Assembly: GCA_945612775.1 (NCBI GenBank)
Contig: CALZAF010000002.1
Location: 1,000 to 64,999, forward strand
DNA from: an uncultured bacterium
Lineage (GTDB): Bacteria > Bacteroidota > Bacteroidia > Bacteroidales > Muribaculaceae
DNA length: 64,000 bases
Reading direction: 5' to 3'
This document shows positions 41,771 to 50,927 of this stretch, in pieces. Position numbers and translations under genes: made by a program. Numbering within the stretch: position 1 is the first letter of the stretch; every line of letters begins with the position of its first letter. Under the pieces are notes generated by a model. That model was not told where the DNA came from and made no database searches. It saw only the letters and a program-made list of their open reading frames with translations.

Positions 41771-42658
41771 CTATTGTTTAATATTTTGAATACATTTTCT
41801 TAAAGAATCGGTCCAATATGGAATTTTAATTCCAAAAGTGGACTTTATCTTAGTTTTATCGAGTACGGAATAACTTGGTCGCACCACCTTGCTCGGGAAT
41901 TCATCGCTATGGCAAGGTTGTATGTCGCAATCGGTGTTTCCAGCCATACTTGCTATCATTTTTGTAAAATCATACCACGAGCACACGCCTTCGTTGCTAA
42001 AATGATATATGCCTTCATGACCTTCGTATTTGCCTGATTCTACAATATCGATTATAACCTTTGCCAAATCGTAGGCATATGTAGGCGTTCCCACTTGATC
42101 GAACACCACATTAAGCTGCGGCTTGGTGGAAGTGAGATTAAGCATGGTTTTTACAAAGTTCTTTCCAAATTCGCTATATAGCCATGCGGTGCGAAGAATC
42201 AGGTATTTGCAACCCGATGCTTTAATAAGTTCTTCGCCACGGAGCTTAGTTGCACCATACACACCTGTGGGTGTTCCCTTTTGATCTTCGCGGCAAGGGG
42301 TATTATAGGGATCTCCGCCGAACACATAATCGGTACTTACATGAACAAGCAAACCGCCTTTTTCCGACATTACATTTGCCAATATTGCAGGAGCTTCGGC
42401 ATTGAGTTTTTCGGCAAGAGTCTGATTATCTTCTGCGGCATCCACATTGGTATATGCAGCACAGTTAATAATCACGCTTACGTCGAAATCTTTCACAATA
42501 GTCTTAACAGCTTCTACATCTGTAATGTCAAGTATAGTAGTTACATTGCCTTCGGTTTCTACAACATCGGTAAAGACATAATTGTGGTTTGAATTCCGAG
42601 TCACAATTCTAATTTCGTTGCCGAGTTGGCCGTTGGCTCCTGTTACAAGAATATTCAT
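41771..42658 (-). CDS. rfbD: dTDP-4-dehydrorhamnose reductase
   Basis: MNILVTGANGQLG Rossmann start. ATG 42658 is preferred over the track's TTG 42664. Confidence 0.9.
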   Translation of the reverse strand: MNILVTGANGQLGNEIRIVTRNSNHNYVFTDVVETEGNVTTILDITDVEAVKTIVKDFDVSVIINCAAYTNVDAAEDNQTLAEKLNAEAPAILANVMSEKGGLLVHVSTDYVFGGDPYNTPCREDQKGTPTGVYGATKLRGEELIKASGCKYLILRTAWLYSEFGKNFVKTMLNLTSTKPQLNVVFDQVGTPTYAYDLAKVIIDIVESGKYEGHEGIYHFSNEGVCSWYDFTKMIASMAGNTDCDIQPCHSDEFPSKVVRPSYSVLDKTKIKSTFGIKIPYWTDSLRKCIQNIKQ

Positions 42659-42675
42659 CGTCAAAAATAATCTAA

Positions 42676-43239
42676 TTATTTATCATTTAGATCAAATGGA
42701 CTTTCGAAGTCTTTGAAAAGTGGGTGTTTGGTGTCCTTTTCGCTCAAGATAGCAGAATCTACAGGAATCTGCCAGTCTATGCCGAGGCTGTCGTCAAGTA
42801 TGCTTATGCCACCATCAGCCTCCGGATGGTAGAAATTATCACATTTATACTGAAACACTGCCACATCACTGAGCACCACAAAACCATGGGCAAATCCGCG
42901 TGGAATGAAGAATTGGCGGTGATTGTCTTCGCTCAGCTCCACAGCCACATGTTTGCCATAAGTAGGAGAACCTTTGCGAATATCCACAGCCACATCGAGC
43001 ACGCGTCCTTTCACGCAGCGAACGAGTTTGCTCTGTGCGTATGGCGGACGCTGAAAGTGCAGACCACGCATTACGCCTTTCTTCGACATGCTTTCGTTGT
43101 CCTGCACAAAGTCGATTGCCCCAATTCTTTCTTCAAAATCGCGCTTCGAATAGCTTTCGAAGAAATAGCCACGAGCATCGCCAAACACACGGGGCTCAAT
43201 TATATACACCCCTTCGATATCAGTCTTTATAACTTCCAT
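42676..43239 (-). CDS. rfbC: dTDP-4-dehydrorhamnose 3,5-epimerase
   Basis: 187-aa cupin with RGLHFQ motif. Start overlaps the rfbA stop by 1 nt (TAATG). Confidence 0.93.
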   Translation of the reverse strand: MEVIKTDIEGVYIIEPRVFGDARGYFFESYSKRDFEERIGAIDFVQDNESMSKKGVMRGLHFQRPPYAQSKLVRCVKGRVLDVAVDIRKGSPTYGKHVAVELSEDNHRQFFIPRGFAHGFVVLSDVAVFQYKCDNFYHPEADGGISILDDSLGIDWQIPVDSAILSEKDTKHPLFKDFESPFDLNDK

Positions 43240-44144
43240 TATTTAATTATGCTTTTGCCTGTGCGCTTGATTTCATCAATCACCTTAAGCAAATATTGTC
43301 CATATTGATTCTTAATCATCGGCTGAGCCAAACTCCGCATCTTTTCTTCGTCAATCCATCCGCGGCGATATGCTATTCCTTCAAGACATGCCACCTTAAG
43401 GCCTTGACGCTTTTCTATAACCTCAATATAGGTAGATGCTTCCGACAACGATTCATGGGTTCCGGTATCGAGCCATGCAAAACCCTTCTCCAAAGTCTCT
43501 ACCATCAATTCTCCATCTTCAAGGAATCGCTGGTTAACAGTGGTTATCTCAAGTTCGCCTCGTGCCGATGGTTTGATGCTCTTAGCCACTTCCACCACCT
43601 TATTGGGGTAGAAATAAAGTCCCACCACAGCATAGTTGCTTTTAGGGTTCTTGGGTTTTTCTTCTATCGAGAGGCATTTGCCATTGGCATCAAATTCTGC
43701 CACGCCATATCGTTCCGGATCGTTTACCCAATAGCCAAACACTGTAGCCTTATTCTCCATTTCGGCATTTTTCACAGCCTGTTTTAGCAATCGAGTAAAG
43801 CCGGCACCATGGAAAATGTTGTCGCCAAGCACAAGACATGCACAATCGTTGCCAATAAACTTTTCCCCTATGATAAAAGCTTGCGCCAAGCCGTCGGGCG
43901 ATGGCTGCTCGGCATACTCAAAACGCACGCCGTAGTCAGATCCGTCGCCAAGCAGACGCTTGAACCCTGGCAAATCATACGGAGTAGATATAATAAGTAT
44001 CTCTCGAATACCTGCTTCCATAAGCACAGATATCGGATAATACACCATAGGCTTGTCATATATCGGCAGCATCTGCTTGCTCACGCCCTTAGTTATAGGA
44101 TAAAGTCTGGTGCCTGACCCACCAGCTAATACAATTCCCTTCAT
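43239..44144 (-). CDS. rfbA: glucose-1-phosphate thymidylyltransferase
   Basis: 301 aa. [13 protein letters not shown] nucleotide-binding loop. Confidence 0.95.
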   Translation of the reverse strand: MKGIVLAGGSGTRLYPITKGVSKQMLPIYDKPMVYYPISVLMEAGIREILIISTPYDLPGFKRLLGDGSDYGVRFEYAEQPSPDGLAQAFIIGEKFIGNDCACLVLGDNIFHGAGFTRLLKQAVKNAEMENKATVFGYWVNDPERYGVAEFDANGKCLSIEEKPKNPKSNYAVVGLYFYPNKVVEVAKSIKPSARGELEITTVNQRFLEDGELMVETLEKGFAWLDTGTHESLSEASTYIEVIEKRQGLKVACLEGIAYRRGWIDEEKMRSLAQPMIKNQYGQYLLKVIDEIKRTGKSIIK

Positions 44145-44173
44145 GCCTTTGTTTCGTTTAGGTTATAATATTA

Positions 44174-44181
44174 CAAAAATA
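44174..44181 (-). promoter_or_regulatory. -7 promoter motif TATTTTTG (rfbA operon)
   Basis: Perfect TAnnTTTG on the minus strand, 30 nt upstream of ATG 44144. Confidence 0.5.
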
Positions 44182-44246
44182 GCAAATCTTTGCGACATAT
44201 CATTATATCCATTTAGAAAAATTAATCTATAGCGCGCACATATAAA

Positions 44247-44276
44247 AAGCAGGTGGGCATCTCTACTCACCTGCTT
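44247..44276 (-). terminator. terminator after the DUF4301 gene
   Basis: aagcaggtg/cacctgctt 9-bp stem. On the minus strand it is followed by TTTTTATATG. Confidence 0.7.
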
Positions 44277-44302
44277 ATATATATTAATGTATAAATCGCG
44301 GA

Positions 44303-45826
44303 TTAACCTTGATGTTGTGGACGAAGCAAGTCGTTAACCACCTTAACTGGATTGAAGGTTTCGATAGGCACTTCTACGAACACCGAAGTCCAGTCGCTCA
44401 TCGAACCGTTCCAAAGACCAGGCAATTCAAGAGCCTTGATGGTAACACCAGATTTCGACTTTTCAGAAATCAAACCAGTATCCTTGTCAACATACTTCTT
44501 AAGGTCGAACTTGTTACCCTTTACGTCCTTGATATAGCAAACGAGGTCAACCGGGTTGAAGTGAGTACCACTCTTCATCAATGCCACTGCCTCAGGCTTG
44601 CTCGAGTCGATTTGTGCGGCTTCGAGAATTTGTGGCGAAGATGAGCCATCAGCATTATATGCCAAGTATGGGCCACCGCCAGGTTCACCGTCATTCTTAA
44701 CCACGCCACAGATGCGTATTGGACGGTTGAACTTGCCCTTCAGATAAATAGCCAATTCGCTGTCGTCGAGATTCTTGGTCTGGTCGTATCTAATCGACAA
44801 AACATCGTGAGTGAACTTAACCATCTCGCGCAAATCCTCGATGGTGTAATTGCCTGCTTCGAGAGCCTCAAGATAAGCAGCAATTTGCTTCTGAATCTTA
44901 ACCAAATAGCCACCGATAACCTTCTTGTAGGTTACAGTAACTTCACGAAGAGCACGAGGCACCACGTTATCGATATTCTTAACGAATACCACGTCGGCAT
45001 CGATGTCGTTGAGGTTTTCAATCAATGCACCATGACCAGCTGGACGGAAAAGCAACTTGCCATTTTCGCGATATGGAGTGTTGTCCATATTCACAGCTAT
45101 AGTGTCGGTCGATGCTTTTTGTTCCGACATCGATACGTTATACTTCACGCCCCATTCCTTTTCCATAGCAGGCACCTTGTCGGCAATCATAGCTTCGAAT
45201 GCGCTGCGGTGCTCAGGAGATACGGTGAAGTGAATGTTCACGTTCTTGTTGATGTCGGATGCATATTGAGCGCCTTCTTCAAGGTGTTCTTCAAGAGGAG
45301 TGTGTGCGCCTTCGGCTGTCTTGTGGAATTGAAGAAGTGCTTTTGGGAGTGCTCCATAGTTTAGACCTTCAGCTCCGATTAGAGTCTTAGCCACATTCAC
45401 ATATTCTCCGTCGGCAATGAGAGCATCAATGTCTTTTCCGAAATTCTTCTTGCAGCTTTCGTTGAGTGCTGGATAGAATGCAAAATCCTTGATTTCTGCA
45501 AAGAACTTCTTCTCGAAGTCGGTCTCAGGTGCTGGTTTGTTGTCAGTCACAAACGAGAAGATATTCTTAAACATACGACTTGCTGCACCTGATGCTGGAA
45601 CAAATTTTTCAACCTTTCCGCCAGAATTTTGGAATTCATCCCATACGGCAATACAATCAGCAATCTCATTTTCCGATAATCTCACTATGCCATCGCCAAT
45701 GGTCGCAACCGATTTGATTTTTAGGTATGGGAAACCTGTTTCAAATCGTTTCAACTGTTCTTCGATGGTTTCGGGGCTTATGCCCTTAGCTTTAAGTAGC
45801 TCTAAATCAACGTTATTAAGTTCCAT
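44303..45826 (-). CDS. DUF4301-type protein with UDP-sugar-pyrophosphorylase-like motifs
   Basis: 507 aa. PASGAASRM (45572-45598) and RPAGHGA (45026-45046) resemble the NTP loop and the P-x-GHG motif of UGPase/UAP enzymes. The DUF4301 label is from memory of the N-terminal sequence type. Confidence 0.6.
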   Translation of the reverse strand: MELNNVDLELLKAKGISPETIEEQLKRFETGFPYLKIKSVATIGDGIVRLSENEIADCIAVWDEFQNSGGKVEKFVPASGAASRMFKNIFSFVTDNKPAPETDFEKKFFAEIKDFAFYPALNESCKKNFGKDIDALIADGEYVNVAKTLIGAEGLNYGALPKALLQFHKTAEGAHTPLEEHLEEGAQYASDINKNVNIHFTVSPEHRSAFEAMIADKVPAMEKEWGVKYNVSMSEQKASTDTIAVNMDNTPYRENGKLLFRPAGHGALIENLNDIDADVVFVKNIDNVVPRALREVTVTYKKVIGGYLVKIQKQIAAYLEALEAGNYTIEDLREMVKFTHDVLSIRYDQTKNLDDSELAIYLKGKFNRPIRICGVVKNDGEPGGGPYLAYNADGSSSPQILEAAQIDSSKPEAVALMKSGTHFNPVDLVCYIKDVKGNKFDLKKYVDKDTGLISEKSKSGVTIKALELPGLWNGSMSDWTSVFVEVPIETFNPVKVVNDLLRPQHQG

Positions 45827-45913
45827 AAAATTAAAGGTTAGTAAATTTTATCAAATATAGCAATAAAAAAACAAATAATTATGATAACTTTACATAAAAT
45901 TTTGAGAAAATTT

Positions 45914-48133
45914 ATGGAAATGAACAACGAAAACTATTTTACTGATGATGAGAGGGCACTTGTTAAGCAATTGACACGCGGCCTTATCCGAAACGCCGGC
46001 GAAATACTTTCGATTGGCGACATTAACGCCGTTGATGCTGTAATCAAGCGAGGCATTGCCAACGGCCATTTCCAGCGCGACCAATATGGCATTAATCCCA
46101 CCATCCGCCACCTGCGCACAGCCACACTTCTCATCGAGAACGTGCTGCCCGACCGTAGCATGATTATTGCAAGCATGATTTATGAACTTTGCAAGGACGA
46201 AGCATTATCTCTCACCGAAATCGAGCGAATGTTTGATAACGATATCGCCAAGATTGTGCGCGGCCTGGTGAAAGTGTCGGAACTATATCGCAAACAGTCG
46301 GCTGTTGAGAACGACAATTTTCACAAATTGCTACTCACTTTTGCCGAAGACATACGCGTGATAATCATTATGATTGTCGATCGCCAAAATTTGATGCGAA
46401 CCATCAATCACCATCCCAACGAGAAATTTGTGCACGATATTGCCAACGAATCGAGATACCTCTATGCTCCTCTCGCCCACCGTTTGGGACTTTACATCAT
46501 AAAGTCGGAACTTGAGGACCTTTCGCTGAAATATCTCAACCGCACTATATATACTCAAATTGCTCATAAGCTAAACGAAACCAAGAGGGATCGCGAAGTG
46601 TATGTGGAAAACTTCATTGCCCCTATCAAAAAAGCTCTTAACGAGTCGGGATTGAAATATTCTATCAAAGGTCGCACCAAGTCTATTAACTCCATCTGGA
46701 GCAAGATGCGCAAGCAGGGCGTTGACCTTAATGGCATCTACGACCTATTTGCCATCCGTATAATTCTCGACACTCCACCAGAAAAAGAGAAAAAAGAGTG
46801 TTGGATAGCCTATTCGATAGTTACCGACATCTATACTGCTAATATATCGCGTCTAAAGGACTGGATTACAATTCCTAAGAGCAACGGATACGAATCTCTT
46901 CACATTACCGTAAACGGTCCACAGGACCACTGGGTGGAAGTGCAGATTCGCACCAAGCGCATGGACGAAATAGCCGAACGAGGTCTCGCAGCTCACTGGA
47001 AATATAAAGGAATAAAGAGCGAAAACGACCTTGATGAGTGGATGAACAATGTTCGCGATGTGCTCGAAGCCGGGCAAAAGGGACCTATGGAGCTCATCAA
47101 GAATATGCAGATGAACATCTACGATAAGGAAGTGTTTGTTTTCACGCCCAAGGGCGACCTATACAAACTTCCTCAAGGTGCTACTGTGCTCGACTTTGCA
47201 TTCCATATTCACTCAAAACTCGGGTGCACTTGCGTAGGTGCAAAAATAGATGGCAAGAACCAAAAGCTCAACTACAAGCTCAAGAGTGGCGACACAGTGC
47301 AAATCATCACTTCTTCTACACAAATACCGCGTCTCGATTGGCTTAACTTTGTGGTAACTTCTAAAGCCCGTTCAAAAATTAAGCAGTCGGTCAACGAAAT
47401 GCGCGCCAAGGAGGCAGAAATTGCCAAAGAACTGTTGCAGCGCCGATGCAAAAACCGAAAAATTGAGCTCGACGAGTCGAGGTTAATGCGTGTGATTAAG
47501 AAATTAGGCTACAAGCATGCTAATGATATGTTTGTCGACATCGCTCGCGAAACGCTCGACGTAAACCTTGTGCTCGACAATTATATGGCTCTAGAACGTC
47601 GCGAAAGCGAAGACGACACCAAGCGCGAATCGGCACAAAACTTCGTGTTGATGCAGCAGAACGACGACAATAACGACAACGACGACATCCTGCTTATAGG
47701 CGACAACATCAAGGGAATCAACTATAAACTCTCAAAATGTTGCAATCCAGTAATGGGCGACAAAATAGTGGGATTTGTGGCAAGCGACGGCGCAATCAAG
47801 ATTCACCGCAAGGACTGCAAGAACGCCGAACACTTGCTGCGAAAATATCCGTATCGCGAGATTCGCACCGAGTGGTCGGGACGCCTTGGAAGCCAATTTG
47901 CAGCCAACCTGCGCATCCTCGGATTTGACGATATCGGCATTGTCACTAACATTACCTCGGTAATCAACAAAGAGAAAAATGTTACCCTGCGCAGCATATC
48001 CATCGACTCAAACGACGGACTTTTCCAAGGATATCTTGGCATAACCGTAGATAGCACTCAGACAATAACAGAATTAATTTCAAAAATAAAATCATTAAAA
48101 GGAGTAAAAGATGTTGAACGATATAACTCTTAA
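45914..48133 (+). CDS. bifunctional (p)ppGpp synthetase/hydrolase, RelA/SpoT family
   Basis: HD region, synthetase region (GYESLHITV), TGS (VFVFTPKGDLYKLPQGATVLDFA) and ACT-like C-terminus. The start is uncertain: ATG 45914 (MEMNNENYF) or ATG 45881. Confidence 0.9.
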   Translation: MEMNNENYFTDDERALVKQLTRGLIRNAGEILSIGDINAVDAVIKRGIANGHFQRDQYGINPTIRHLRTATLLIENVLPDRSMIIASMIYELCKDEALSLTEIERMFDNDIAKIVRGLVKVSELYRKQSAVENDNFHKLLLTFAEDIRVIIIMIVDRQNLMRTINHHPNEKFVHDIANESRYLYAPLAHRLGLYIIKSELEDLSLKYLNRTIYTQIAHKLNETKRDREVYVENFIAPIKKALNESGLKYSIKGRTKSINSIWSKMRKQGVDLNGIYDLFAIRIILDTPPEKEKKECWIAYSIVTDIYTANISRLKDWITIPKSNGYESLHITVNGPQDHWVEVQIRTKRMDEIAERGLAAHWKYKGIKSENDLDEWMNNVRDVLEAGQKGPMELIKNMQMNIYDKEVFVFTPKGDLYKLPQGATVLDFAFHIHSKLGCTCVGAKIDGKNQKLNYKLKSGDTVQIITSSTQIPRLDWLNFVVTSKARSKIKQSVNEMRAKEAEIAKELLQRRCKNRKIELDESRLMRVIKKLGYKHANDMFVDIARETLDVNLVLDNYMALERRESEDDTKRESAQNFVLMQQNDDNNDNDDILLIGDNIKGINYKLSKCCNPVMGDKIVGFVASDGAIKIHRKDCKNAEHLLRKYPYREIRTEWSGRLGSQFAANLRILGFDDIGIVTNITSVINKEKNVTLRSISIDSNDGLFQGYLGITVDSTQTITELISKIKSLKGVKDVERYNS

Positions 48134-48965
48134 AAAAGCAACATTAGCCGCCACCGTAGCATTGGCTATGGTTTCGTGCGGAGGCAACAACGAGAACCCC
48201 GAAGCGGTGGCGCTCTACGAATCGGCTAAAGCATGCTTCGAAGCCCACAACCCACAGCAAGCAATATCAATTATCGACTCTCTTGCAGCGTCATTTCCCA
48301 AGGAAATAACAGTGCAGCGCCGAGCCATGCACTTGCGCACCCTTGCCGACAGTGCTATTATCGACATAGAATTTGCTCAGCTCGACAGCACGCTTGTGGC
48401 CGACTCTATAACCTTCATCAACCTAAAGCCTAAGTTCGCATTTGTGAAAACTGCCGACATGGTAGAAGGATATTACGTGATTTCGTCACTTAAAGGCAAT
48501 CCCCTATACGAGCGCACCGGCATAGAGCCTCGCGTGGATGAAACAGGAAATATATTCTTGGCATCTTGCCTCTTCGGCGTGCCATGCAAGCACACCGCGC
48601 TCTCGGCAAGCGCCAATGGCACAGAAGTATCCACTGGAGACGTACCATACGACGAAGCGTTAAACTACCGCTATCAAGCCGAGCGCGGCAGTTGCGAAAT
48701 GGTAACCTTCGAATACGACAAATGCGCCGATATGTGCAAATTTATCACTGACAACAGACAAAGCGCTATTCGTCTGACATTTAAGGGCAATCGCAATCAC
48801 AGCATTACCCTATCGCCAGCCCTTGTAAACGCTATTGCCGACACATATGAATTCTCTAACGCGATGCGTTCTGGCAAAAATGCCACTGCAAAAAAGATTT
48901 ACATGGCAAAAAAACGCGAACTCAATCGCCAGCAAATGGCAAAAACAGCACAAGCCATTAAGTAA
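48111..48965 (+). CDS. hypothetical lipoprotein
   Basis: 284 aa. Lipobox ALAMVSCGG. AAGGAG at 48099-48104 lies 6 nt before the ATG. Overlaps the relA/spoT 3' end by 23 nt. Confidence 0.65.
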   Translation: MLNDITLKKATLAATVALAMVSCGGNNENPEAVALYESAKACFEAHNPQQAISIIDSLAASFPKEITVQRRAMHLRTLADSAIIDIEFAQLDSTLVADSITFINLKPKFAFVKTADMVEGYYVISSLKGNPLYERTGIEPRVDETGNIFLASCLFGVPCKHTALSASANGTEVSTGDVPYDEALNYRYQAERGSCEMVTFEYDKCADMCKFITDNRQSAIRLTFKGNRNHSITLSPALVNAIADTYEFSNAMRSGKNATAKKIYMAKKRELNRQQMAKTAQAIK

Positions 48966-48997
48966 TGGTCACTCCCAAATAATATTCATAAACGAAA

Positions 48998-49030
48998 CAA
49001 GAGGTGTCACATTTCAAATGCGGCACCTCT
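48998..49030. terminator. bidirectional hairpin between the lipoprotein gene and the convergent metallopeptidase gene
   Basis: aagaggtg/cacctctt 8-bp stem with extra pairs, in a 90-nt convergent gap. Confidence 0.6.
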
Positions 49031-49055
49031 TATTATAATGTATATTGCTTGCAAT

Positions 49056-49919
49056 TTACAGCGATTCGTAGGCTGGCGAGAATGTATCACCCTGCTGCAC
49101 ATCGCCAGTGGCTATGCCCTTTTTAAGCCAACGCATGCGCTGTGCCGAAGTTCCGTGATTAAACGAATCGGGTACCGTGTAGCCCTGAGCTTTCTTTTGG
49201 AGATAATCATCTCCGATTTTCGATGCCGCATTTATACCTTCTTCTATATCGCCATCTTCGAGCGAATTAAACATCTCGTTGTCTTGATGCGCCCAAATCC
49301 CAGCCAAGAAATCAGCTTGCAATTCCAAACGAACGCTCATCTTGTTAGCTTCGGTCTGGCTCATCTGCTGCATTCTACTATGAGCCTCGCCAAGTATGCC
49401 AAGAAGATATTGCACATGATGCCCAACCTCATGCGCTATAACGTAGGCATAAGCGAAGTCGCCGTCTGCACCGAGATTGCGTTTCATATTTTTGAAGAAC
49501 GACAAATCGATATACACCGTTTGATCAGCGGAGCAATAGAACGGTCCAGTAGATGAAGTTGCCCCACCGCACCCCGACTGCACTGCATCGGTAAACATCA
49601 CCAATCGCGGAGCTTTATAAGTTCGCCCGAGCTTTTTGAACTCTTGAGTCCACACATCCTCTGTTCCAGCGAGTATTTGACGAGTGAATTTAGCCAATTC
49701 TTCATCTTCAGCTGTAGGAGTATAATTTGATTCAACGCTTTCCTGCATGCTCATTTGGCTAACATTATTAAACACATCACCAAGGTCGCCACCCATGAGC
49801 AGCGTTATTAAACCCACTATTATCACACCGCCAATGCCAAGCGATCGGCCCATTCCACCGCCCGACCGTCCACGACGATCTTCCACATTGCTACTCTCAC
49901 GTCTTCCTGTAAGTCTCAT
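49056..49919 (-). CDS. neutral zinc metallopeptidase (YpfJ-like)
   Basis: 287 aa. N-terminal RRGR/Gly-rich segment plus a TM helix, and an HEVGHH zinc motif. Confidence 0.8.
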   Translation of the reverse strand: MRLTGRRESSNVEDRRGRSGGGMGRSLGIGGVIIVGLITLLMGGDLGDVFNNVSQMSMQESVESNYTPTAEDEELAKFTRQILAGTEDVWTQEFKKLGRTYKAPRLVMFTDAVQSGCGGATSSTGPFYCSADQTVYIDLSFFKNMKRNLGADGDFAYAYVIAHEVGHHVQYLLGILGEAHSRMQQMSQTEANKMSVRLELQADFLAGIWAHQDNEMFNSLEDGDIEEGINAASKIGDDYLQKKAQGYTVPDSFNHGTSAQRMRWLKKGIATGDVQQGDTFSPAYESL

Positions 49920-49950
49920 AATCTCATCTAATTAATGGTTTATTTTTCCG

Positions 49951-49958
49951 CAAATATA
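49951..49958 (-). promoter_or_regulatory. -7 promoter motif TATATTTG (metallopeptidase gene)
   Basis: Perfect TAnnTTTG on the minus strand, 32 nt upstream of ATG 49919. Confidence 0.45.
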
Positions 49959-50108
49959 TATCATAAATTACAATAATAAAAATCTGAAAGCAGAAATAGC
50001 GACATAGTAAGAGACAAGATAAAGCGAATTACCCCCGATCGCCATTACTATTTCTAAACGATTTTCAAAAAATTGAAGGCAAGTCATAGAAATATCCTTA
50101 TTGGATTC

Positions 50109-50184
50109 AAAAAATCACTAATATTTGAAGAATTAAGCATTTAAACCGCCGAAAGGTTTGCTTAATTGAAAAAAAATCACTAAT
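50109..50184 (+). repeat. duplicated 14-mer AAAAAATCACTAAT flanking a hairpin upstream of rpsF
   Basis: Copies at 50109-50122 and 50171-50184. The hairpin at 50131-50167 is aattaagc..aaacc[gccgaaa]ggtttgcttaatt. Confidence 0.6.
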
Positions 50185-50188
50185 TTTG
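50181..50188 (+). promoter_or_regulatory. -7 promoter motif TAATTTTG (rpsF operon)
   Basis: Perfect TAnnTTTG, 78 nt upstream of ATG 50266. It overlaps the second 14-mer copy. Confidence 0.45.
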
Positions 50189-50265
50189 CACCGCTTTTTG
50201 GGCGAAAACTGCATTGCGGTAATCACCAAGCACAAAAACTTAAATAATTTAATCAATAAACAATT

Positions 50266-50616
50266 ATGAATCATTACGAAACCGTTTTCATTTTAACTCC
50301 CGTTTTGTCTGATGCACAGATGAAGGAAGCGGTAGAAAAGTTCAAGACAGTACTCACCAAGAACGGTGCAGAAATCGTGAACGAAGAAGCATGGGGCTTG
50401 CGTAAGCTTGCTTACCCAATTCAACACAAATCTACCGGATTTTACACTCTTATTGAGTTTGATGGCGAACCAACAATTGTTAAGACTCTCGAAACAGCTT
50501 TCCGTCGCGACGAAAAGGTACTTCGTTTCTTGACATTCCGTCTTGACAAGAACGCAGCAGAATACGCTGCCAAGAGACGCAGTTTGAAGGCTGCAAAAGC
50601 AACTACTAACGAATAA
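50266..50616 (+). CDS. rpsF: 30S ribosomal protein S6
   Basis: 116 aa. [12 protein letters not shown]... is the canonical S6 N-terminus. Confidence 0.95.
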   Translation: MNHYETVFILTPVLSDAQMKEAVEKFKTVLTKNGAEIVNEEAWGLRKLAYPIQHKSTGFYTLIEFDGEPTIVKTLETAFRRDEKVLRFLTFRLDKNAAEYAAKRRSLKAAKATTNE

Positions 50617-50632
50617 TTTGGAGGTAAAAACT

Positions 50633-50902
50633 ATGGCACAAGCTCAATCAGAAATCAGATACCTTACTCCACTTTCAGTGGACGTTAAGAAGAAAAAGTA
50701 TTGCCGTTTCAAGAGAAGCGGTATCAAGTACATCGACTACAAGGATCCTGAATTCCTCAAGAAGTTCTTGAACGAACAGGGTAAAATCCTTCCACGCCGC
50801 ATCACCGGTACTTCATTGAAGTTCCAAAGAAGAGTTGCTCAAGCAGTTAAGCGTGCTCGTCACCTTGCTCTTCTTCCTTATGTTACCGATTTGATGAAAT
50901 AA
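50633..50902 (+). CDS. rpsR: 30S ribosomal protein S18
   Basis: 89 aa from ATG 50633. GGAGG at 50620-50624. The track's TTG start at 50618 is rejected. Confidence 0.93.
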   Translation: MAQAQSEIRYLTPLSVDVKKKKYCRFKRSGIKYIDYKDPEFLKKFLNEQGKILPRRITGTSLKFQRRVAQAVKRARHLALLPYVTDLMK

Positions 50903-50927
50903 CTTTTAATTTAGAGGAGCATTATTT

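Noticed and set aside
50189-50265. S6:S18 autoregulatory leader structure upstream of rpsF (accgc...gcggt hairpin at 50190-50220).
   Set aside because: The 5' arm abuts the -7 promoter motif and would probably not be transcribed. I cannot match it to the known motif without a covariance-model search.
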